This document shows positions 26,101 to 32,000 of a DNA stretch of 32,000 nt, one piece after another. The notes under the pieces are model-generated. The model did no database searches. It saw only the letters and a program-made list of their open reading frames with translations, and was not told where the DNA came from. Position 1 is the first letter of the stretch. Every line of letters begins with the position of its first letter. The position numbers and the translations under genes are program-made. This stretch comes from Demequinaceae bacterium (lineage in GTDB: Bacteria; Actinomycetota; Actinomycetes; Actinomycetales; Demequinaceae), in NCBI GenBank assembly GCA_965250005.1, contig OZ252279.1, positions 990,001 to 1,022,000 on the forward strand. The letters are read 5' to 3'.

Positions 26101-29100
26101 GCTCGCTCCTTCCGAAACCGGCGGTTCTGCAGGGGAATCGCGTTGATCAGTGACCACGCAAGCGCGAGCAGCCCGGCCCACCACCAAGCACGGTAACTGG
26201 AATCGTAGTAGCGGATCTCAAGCTCGCCCGAGTCGGCGCCAACAGCAAATGCCTGATTACCGTTCACGTCGCTCGCCACAAGAGCGTGACCGTCGAGCGT
26301 TGCCACCCAGGCGTCGCTCTTCGCGGCGGCAAGCACAACCATCCTGTCGGCCGCGCCCATCGGTACCGCAACAACGAGCCCAACCGGCGAGCTGTCGAGT
26401 GGCGTCACGCCGTCCCCTTCGCTTTGCAACCATGCGCGGGCCACGCGGGCAGCATCGTCCGACTCCGATGCGCCGGCGGGCGCCACGCGCCACGAAACCC
26501 CGCGTTCGCTCGAACCGATGAGCGAGAGACCGTCGACGCGCAGCATAGCCGAGATCACCGCGTCCGACTCAGGAGCGACGACCACCACTCCGATCCCCGA
26601 ATGATTTAGCCCGACCGCCGCATCGCCCGCTGCTCCGGCCAGCGCCGCGACAACCGGCGCAATCGCCTGGAGATCGAATTCGCTCGAGCCTGCGGAGGCA
26701 GGGTGCCCTTCAGCGTCGAGGAATCCGCGCCCGGGCAGCGCTGACCAGCCATCGCGGGAGACGACGCTGTAGCGCACCACGCCATCGTCCTCCCACAGCA
26801 CAACCACGCGAGTGAGCGGCGGCGCCTGTTGTTCGAGTTGGGCGACCAACGGGAGGACTGCCGCGCTAGCCGGGTGGACGTCTCCGCCAAAGCCGCGACC
26901 CGGCCAGATGGTCGCAGCAACGTGAACGACGAGAATGGCGGCAACAAATCCTGCGGCAGCTACGTTCGCGGCCCGCGCGATCCGACGCTCTATCTCTGGA
27001 ATCGCGGTAGCTTTCTGGCCAGGCGCGGGGGTGCGGGCGGAACCAGCACCCACCGCGGCGGCACCCAGGAATCCGAGCGCCATCAGAGACAGCCCTGGGC
27101 CCGGCCACCCATTTGCTTCTGCGGATCCGTCGCCGGCTGCATATACGGCGATGGTTCGGTGGGCGAGAACGGCGGCGGCAAGCCCCACGGCTGCCACGGC
27201 CCAGCCCACGCGTACCGCTGTTGCCGCCCGCTTCCCGGCGAGCGCGGCGAGCGCCGCAGCGACCACCATCACTCCGGCGAGATACGCGAGCGCTACGTTG
27301 GCGGAGGCAGTAGCTCCCGTCCACTCCGGCGGCAACTGCGCCACGCCTAGCAGGAGTTGCCAGGGGTCGACAAGATCAGACGCGAGCGCCGGCCCTGGCT
27401 CCCGAACCAGCAGGGCCGCCCACGCCTCGCTTCCACGCGCTTGCCACGTATTCCAAAGTGCCGCGCCATGAATGATGACCGCAGGGACAGGCACCGTGAA
27501 GACGTAGCGCCTGTGCCCCGTCGCGACCACGCCGAGCACCAGCACCCCGATCACGAGCGGCGCAAGGAGAATGGGCGCCGCGATAGTGACAACAGCCATT
27601 AACCCGGCCGCAACTGCCGCCGCGCTGGGAGATCCGATCCTTGAGGCGGGAAACTCTGCTCCGTCACCCAGGAGGTCACGACGTTGCGCCGCGACCGCGC
27701 GGGCGAGCGCGAGCGCGAACAACGGCAGCGCAATGTGGGCGATCGCGGCACCAAGTCGGCCGTCGGAAATCGACTGGATGTAGGCAGGCCATGCAGCCCA
27801 AGCAATGGCGACAAAGCCCCTCGCAACAACGGATCGGGTCGCCGCACCCGCTGCGAACCAGGCCCCTACGCCTGCCAGCAAGGGGCCTAGGGCCAGCAGG
27901 AGCCCAACTCCCATCGAGAGACCGCCGGGTACCAGGCTCAGTGGAAGCATCAATCCTGCCCACGAGCCGTCGAGTGCGGGACCACCAAGGGCGGACTCAG
28001 ACCAACCAGTCCACGTTCGAAGCCACAACTCAGACGTCGACACGTCGGTAGCGCCGAGCGAACTGCCCGTGAGCATGTCTCCACCCGCAAGAGGAGTAAA
28101 CCACGTGCCGAACAGCGCGATGCTCAGCGCAACAAGAACGACGCCCAGGCCTCCGAACGCCCACCGCCGCCGCCGCGCAATAGCTCTCAGCTCGGATTCT
28201 TGAACATCCGTGGGTGTGTTCTGTGCACGCCACCGTTCGTAGGCACCGAGTTCACGAGTTCTCACGTGGCGCGCGATGTCGAGGGCGCTCGCGAGCAGTG
28301 GCCGCTCGACCTCGCGCTTGCCTGCCGTCGCCACCGCCTTGCGGGACGCGCCAAGCCGTCGCATGCGAGCAGCGACTACGACGGGAGCGCGAAGCTCGGC
28401 CGTCACCAAACGCAGGTCATTGGAGGCAATTCGGAATACCGCGCGGGAGACGGCCGAAACTGCTGCCCAGACGGCGATCAGCGGCACCGCCCAGACCGGG
28501 GACCAGGCCATCGCGTGATACCACTCAGCGGCTCTGCGCTGAGCGTGCGCGCCCCGATGGTCTGATCCTGCGTCCGACGGGCCCTTGCGGCCGTAGAGAG
28601 CCGCCTGGGCATGGCGCACGCGTGCTCCCGGAACGACGACGACATCGTGCCCAGCGCGCCACACGCGGCGGCAGAATTCGGCGCTATCCCCAAACTTGCC
28701 GTAGGCAGGATCCGTTCCCCCGAGTTTGTCCCACACCGCTCTGGTCACCAACGCCCCAGCAAGCCCGACCGCCAAGACGTCCTCACGCCCCTCGTGCTGA
28801 CCCTGATCAAGATCGTCCTGCTCGACGAGGCTCAGACGACGGCCACCGAGCCGCGAGACAGTCACGCCGATGTTGACGAGTTTCGATCCGTCATCCCAGC
28901 GCGTCTGCGCCGCGCCGAACACTGCCGCGCTGCGCCGTTTGCGAGTGGCGGCGAGGAGTTTTCGAAGTGCGTTCGGTGCCGGTGCGCAATCGTCGTGCAG
29001 CAACCAAAGGCGCTCGTCCGCTTCGGGCTCGACCGTTGCGAGAAGCGCCGACACGGCCTCACCGAACGTGCGCGCCTTCACGTGGGAGACGCCGATGTCA

Positions 29101-29270
29101 GCGCCCTCGGGAACGCTCAATTCGGCATCGTCACCCCCGCCAGCATTCACGATGTGCCACGCATCAATCTGGTGGTCTTGCGCAGCAAGCGCGGCCACGG
29201 CATCGGCAAAGAAGCCAGATTTTCCCGCAGTCACCAACACGGCGCGCACAAAAGGTGCTGCGGGCTTCAA
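26097..29270 (-). CDS. large GT2-family glycosyltransferase fused to a polytopic membrane domain and a C-terminal extracytoplasmic domain
   Basis: 1057 aa. The N-terminal GT-A domain has LWLLHDDCAP (DXD-type) and GDSAEFCRRVWRAGHDVVVVPGARVRH. About 500 aa of TM helices follow, then a soluble tail of about 250 aa. TTG 29270 is preceded by GGTGAGG. GTG 29249 is the alternative start. Confidence 0.85.
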   Translation of the reverse strand: MKPAAPFVRAVLVTAGKSGFFADAVAALAAQDHQIDAWHIVNAGGGDDAELSVPEGADIGVSHVKARTFGEAVSALLATVEPEADERLWLLHDDCAPAPNALRKLLAATRKRRSAAVFGAAQTRWDDGSKLVNIGVTVSRLGGRRLSLVEQDDLDQGQHEGREDVLAVGLAGALVTRAVWDKLGGTDPAYGKFGDSAEFCRRVWRAGHDVVVVPGARVRHAQAALYGRKGPSDAGSDHRGAHAQRRAAEWYHAMAWSPVWAVPLIAVWAAVSAVSRAVFRIASNDLRLVTAELRAPVVVAARMRRLGASRKAVATAGKREVERPLLASALDIARHVRTRELGAYERWRAQNTPTDVQESELRAIARRRRWAFGGLGVVLVALSIALFGTWFTPLAGGDMLTGSSLGATDVSTSELWLRTWTGWSESALGGPALDGSWAGLMLPLSLVPGGLSMGVGLLLALGPLLAGVGAWFAAGAATRSVVARGFVAIAWAAWPAYIQSISDGRLGAAIAHIALPLFALALARAVAAQRRDLLGDGAEFPASRIGSPSAAAVAAGLMAVVTIAAPILLAPLVIGVLVLGVVATGHRRYVFTVPVPAVIIHGAALWNTWQARGSEAWAALLVREPGPALASDLVDPWQLLLGVAQLPPEWTGATASANVALAYLAGVMVVAAALAALAGKRAATAVRVGWAVAAVGLAAAVLAHRTIAVYAAGDGSAEANGWPGPGLSLMALGFLGAAAVGAGSARTPAPGQKATAIPEIERRIARAANVAAAGFVAAILVVHVAATIWPGRGFGGDVHPASAAVLPLVAQLEQQAPPLTRVVVLWEDDGVVRYSVVSRDGWSALPGRGFLDAEGHPASAGSSEFDLQAIAPVVAALAGAAGDAAVGLNHSGIGVVVVAPESDAVISAMLRVDGLSLIGSSERGVSWRVAPAGASESDDAARVARAWLQSEGDGVTPLDSSPVGLVVAVPMGAADRMVVLAAAKSDAWVATLDGHALVASDVNGNQAFAVGADSGELEIRYYDSSYRAWWWAGLLALAWSLINAIPLQNRRFRKERA

Positions 29271-29294
29271 GGCCGCCTCACCACGCTTAGCCGA

Positions 29295-29615
29295 CTAGAC
29301 GGCGCGGCGCTTGAGCTTGCGGCGTTCACGCTCTGACAAGCCGCCCCAGATGCCGAATCGCTCGTCATTCTCGAGCGCATAGTCTAGGCACTCCGAGCGA
29401 ACGTCGCACGACGCGCAGACCTTTTTGGCTTCACGAGTGGAGCCCCCCTTTTCGGGGAAGAACGCCTCGGGATCCGTCTGTGCGCACAGGGAGCGCTCTT
29501 GCCACCCGAGCGGTCCTTCATCCTCGCCGTCTCCGAAGATGTTGACGACTGACGCGAGCGCCGGAACTGGTTTGCCTGCGTCCGAGGGGAGCGAACCCTC
29601 ATAGAGACTCCACAC
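29295..29615 (-). CDS. whiB: WhiB-family [4Fe-4S] transcription factor (WhiB/WhiB2/WhmD orthologue)
   Basis: GTG 29615 lies 5 nt after AAGGAGG. The sequence ...WQERSLCAQTDPEAFFPEKGGSTREAKKVCASCDVRSECLDYALENDERFGIWGGLSERERRKLKR has four Cys, the GIWGG turn and a basic tail. Confidence 0.93.
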   Translation of the reverse strand: MWSLYEGSLPSDAGKPVPALASVVNIFGDGEDEGPLGWQERSLCAQTDPEAFFPEKGGSTREAKKVCASCDVRSECLDYALENDERFGIWGGLSERERRKLKRRAV

Positions 29616-29663
29616 GAAGCCCTCCTTCGTTCGCCGCAGCAATGGTAGAACTGCACTGAGGGA

Positions 29664-29692
29664 ATTACACCCGTGTAATCCCGCCGCGTCAA
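29664..29692 (-). promoter_or_regulatory. candidate sigma-A-type whiB promoter TTGACG-N17-TGTAAT
   Basis: On the minus strand the sequence reads TTGACG (29692-29687), a 17-nt spacer, then TGTAAT (29669-29664). It lies about 50 nt upstream of the whiB GTG. The 16-bp palindrome ATTACAC-GG-GTGTAAT (29664-29679) covers the spacer and the -10 element. Confidence 0.4.
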
Positions 29693-29699
29693 ATCGAAA

Positions 29700-30701
29700 C
29701 TACCGCATTCCGCGCCAGAAGCCTAGACCCCAACTCAGATGCATGGTCGCGAGAACGGTCGGAGTCCACCACGCGCCAACCAAGCCAGTGCGCCTCAAGA
29801 GGGCGAATGCGGCGACGGCGAGCCCGGCCCCATAGGCGATGGGTGCCGCAAATGCCACCACAAGCCACGCTGTCTGAGTCGCCACGCCAGCAATCCCAAC
29901 GGCCCAACTCACCGCAAGTGCGGCGACCAGGGCGGGCGGGGCGAGATAGCGAACCGAAGCGGTCCCCTTGTGTGTGCGAACGACCTCGCGCCGCCATCGG
30001 CCCGACGCGTGGAACTGGCGCGCAACCGCGCGAACACTCGCGCGCGGGCTGTACTCGACGCGCATTCCGGGCACGAACCACACCACATACCCCGCCTCGA
30101 CCAGACGATGATTTAGCTCCCAGTCCTGGGCGCGAGAGAACTTCTCGTCGAAGCCGCCAACGCTGTCAACCGCAGCACGCCTAAACGTCCCGAGGAATAC
30201 CGAGTCCACTGGGCCGGGTTCGCCTCCCACGTGAAAGCGCGCGCCGCCGATTCCCCACCTTGAGCTCATCGCCGCGGCCACCGAGCGTTGGAGCGCAGTG
30301 GTGCCTACCGGAACCATTTGACCGCCAACGTTCGCCGCTCCAGTTTGAGCGAGCGCCTCAACCGCCTCGGCAATGTACCCGGCAGGCAGAACCGTGTGAC
30401 CGTCAATCCGGACGATCACGTCGCGGGTGGTTGCCGCAAGCGCGAGGTTGAGGCCCTGTGGCGTGAGCCCGGTTGGGTTGTCGACAACGGCCACGCAGCG
30501 GTCTTTCGCAAGCGCTTTGGCGACCTCGCCTGTCGCGTCGTGAGACGGCCCCACGGCGATCACCAATTCTACACCTGGTCCATGCCCGTTATCGAGTACG
30601 CTCCTCACGGCGCGCTCAAGGTGCTGCTCCTCGTTGAGGACGGTCATGATCACGCTAACGGGCTCGCGCACGCGCAGCGGCGGCAACTGGGGATTCGTCA
30701 C
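29700..30701 (-). CDS. GT2-family glycosyltransferase (ExoA-like) with C-terminal TM helices
   Basis: 333 aa. Sequence features: VSVIMTVLNEEQHLERAVRSVL, IDGHTVLPAGY, and FDEKFSRAQDWELNHRLVEAGYVVWFVP. Hydrophobic helices follow. Confidence 0.85.
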   Translation of the reverse strand: MTNPQLPPLRVREPVSVIMTVLNEEQHLERAVRSVLDNGHGPGVELVIAVGPSHDATGEVAKALAKDRCVAVVDNPTGLTPQGLNLALAATTRDVIVRIDGHTVLPAGYIAEAVEALAQTGAANVGGQMVPVGTTALQRSVAAAMSSRWGIGGARFHVGGEPGPVDSVFLGTFRRAAVDSVGGFDEKFSRAQDWELNHRLVEAGYVVWFVPGMRVEYSPRASVRAVARQFHASGRWRREVVRTHKGTASVRYLAPPALVAALAVSWAVGIAGVATQTAWLVVAFAAPIAYGAGLAVAAFALLRRTGLVGAWWTPTVLATMHLSWGLGFWRGMR

Positions 30702-30811
30702 CTGACGAGGTTAACGCGAAGCCAGGCAACAGCAGCACTGCGCCGCGCGTTACACATAGAGCAAACGTACAATGGGGAAACAATGACCAGGATTCTGTTA
30801 GTGGCCTGCGC

Positions 30812-32000
30812 GTGAGCGCGTTTCGGCGTCGCCCCCGTCGTCACGCGTCGAAGGCCCGCGATTTTCCGCTGGTACGCACGGCGGCTTGGGCCGTCGCTGC
30901 CGCCGCGGGATTCGCCATGATGTACCCCATCGCACTCGTAGCAACCGCGCTCGACGAGGCCACCGTGGTCGACGTCGGGGGGCTGATTGGCGAAAACCGC
31001 CCGCCTGCACCCCTGCCCCCGGTTGACGGCACCAAGGGCTCCGCGATCAACATCCTGCTCATGGGATCGGACGTGCGCACGGGCGCAAATAGTGTGATCG
31101 GCGGCAACGTAGCCGGTGGCATGCGCAACGACACCACCATCATCATGCACATCTCGGCAGATCGAACCCGTGTCGAAATGATCTCGATTCCTCGCGACTC
31201 CGTTGTTCCGATCCCCGACTGCAAATTGTTTGACGGAACCATCAAGCGCGGTTGGACGGGCAATTTCAACATTGCCTTCGCAAACGGCGGAATCAATGGC
31301 AATCCGGCAGAGGCAGCGGCTTGCACCATCAACGCGGTTGAAGCGCTGACAGACATCTACATCCACTACTACGCGGTGGTCGACTTCACGGGATTCATCG
31401 GCATGATCGACGCCATCGGCGGCGTACCCATGTGCATTCCACACGACATCTACTCGTCCAAGGCCAAACTCAACATCAAGGCGGGCCCCCAAGTGCTCGA
31501 CGGCTGGACCGCTCTCGCGTACGCCCGCCTTCGCAAGGCTGAGTCGAGCGGCGGAACCGTCGACGGCACGGACCTCCAGCGCATCGAGCGCCAACAGGAA
31601 CTCCTCGCGAATACCGCCGAGTACGCGCTCGAGCGGGGAATCCTCTTCCGCCCAACCGAGCTACAAGAATTCCTATCGGCGGGGGCATCGTCCGTGACAA
31701 TGAGCCCCGAGCTTGCTGACATCAAATATCTCGTCGGCCTCACCTTCAGCCTGCGGAACATTCAAAAGGAGAACATCGTCTTCGTCACCGTGCCGTGGCG
31801 CTTCCGCGGTAAGCAACTCGGCGGCGTCGCCTGGACACCCGCAGCGCAGACGCTCTTCGATGACGTAATCGCTGACCGACCTATCGCCGGACGCTCGGTT
31901 GCCGATGCGAGCAACATCGCCGTGCCTAAACCGGTACCCACTGCCGGACCCGCAACCACGCCATCGCCAGGCGCTAACGAAGAGGACGACGGGGTCGATC
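30812..32000 (+). CDS. LytR-CpsA-Psr (LCP) family cell-wall glycopolymer ligase, 3' end beyond the window
   Basis: Not in the ORF track because it is open at the window edge. My translation from GTG 30812 gives VSAFRRRPRRHASKARDFPLVRTAAWAVAAAAGFAMMYPIAL (basic tail plus TM). LCP motifs follow: INILLMGSDVRTG, RNDTTIIMHI, ISIPRDS, YARLRK and DLQRIERQQ. The frame stays open to 32000. Confidence 0.88.
   Translation, partial: MSAFRRRPRRHASKARDFPLVRTAAWAVAAAAGFAMMYPIALVATALDEATVVDVGGLIGENRPPAPLPPVDGTKGSAINILLMGSDVRTGANSVIGGNVAGGMRNDTTIIMHISADRTRVEMISIPRDSVVPIPDCKLFDGTIKRGWTGNFNIAFANGGINGNPAEAAACTINAVEALTDIYIHYYAVVDFTGFIGMIDAIGGVPMCIPHDIYSSKAKLNIKAGPQVLDGWTALAYARLRKAESSGGTVDGTDLQRIERQQELLANTAEYALERGILFRPTELQEFLSAGASSVTMSPELADIKYLVGLTFSLRNIQKENIVFVTVPWRFRGKQLGGVAWTPAAQTLFDDVIADRPIAGRSVADASNIAVPKPVPTAGPATTPSPGANEEDDGVD

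Noticed and set aside
1-32000. I searched the whole window for CRISPR arrays, tRNA/rRNA genes, IS elements, long direct or inverted repeats and toxin-antitoxin or defence-island content.
   Set aside because: The non-coding gaps are all 160 bp or shorter and contain no cloverleaf-like or repeat-spacer structure. No transposase, integrase or nuclease-type ORFs are visible. GC content is uniform apart from 2181-2298. A by-eye scan cannot exclude short dispersed repeats.

Overview
High-GC (about 68-70%) chromosomal core region of an Actinomycetota genome. It is almost fully coding, and the gene order is conserved across the phylum. I found no tRNA, rRNA, CRISPR array, IS element or prophage signature. 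Left to right:

- **1-3410:** a truncated CpaE/ParA-like ATPase, a SAF-domain protein and a small excisionase-type HTH protein; then a hypothetical protein with an internal duplication; then a LysM protein coupled to an Rv3235-family protein.
- **3415-12963, minus strand:** secA, an EamA transporter, hpf, comF, lpqB, mtrB, mtrA.
- **13016-20091:** a tightly coupled MoxR AAA+/DUF58 membrane-protein module of seven genes, head-to-head with mtrA.
- **20095-24769:** ahcY, a CDF metal exporter, phosphomannomutase, DUF3499 and a degenerate Zincin_1-like protein.
- **24766-32000:** a cell-wall glycopolymer block of DUF5719, a 1057-aa GT2-polytopic membrane fusion, whiB, a second GT2 and a 3'-truncated LCP ligase.

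The best candidates for undescribed biology are two. The first is the seven-gene MoxR/DUF58/DUF4350/DUF4129/SpoIIM-like/RDD module next to mtrAB-lpqB. The second is the whiB - giant glycosyltransferase - DUF5719 unit.

Smaller observations:
- an 11-nt perfect anti-16S (extended Shine-Dalgarno, SD) mimic plus a GGAGG-loop hairpin in the hpf leader
- an EamA gene whose first TM helix lies upstream of any canonical start codon
- four 10-bp-phased ATCnAAA repeats in the only AT-rich intergenic region
- a consensus-like promoter with an overlapping palindrome in front of whiB

All family calls come from reading the translated ORFs by eye. No database search was run.
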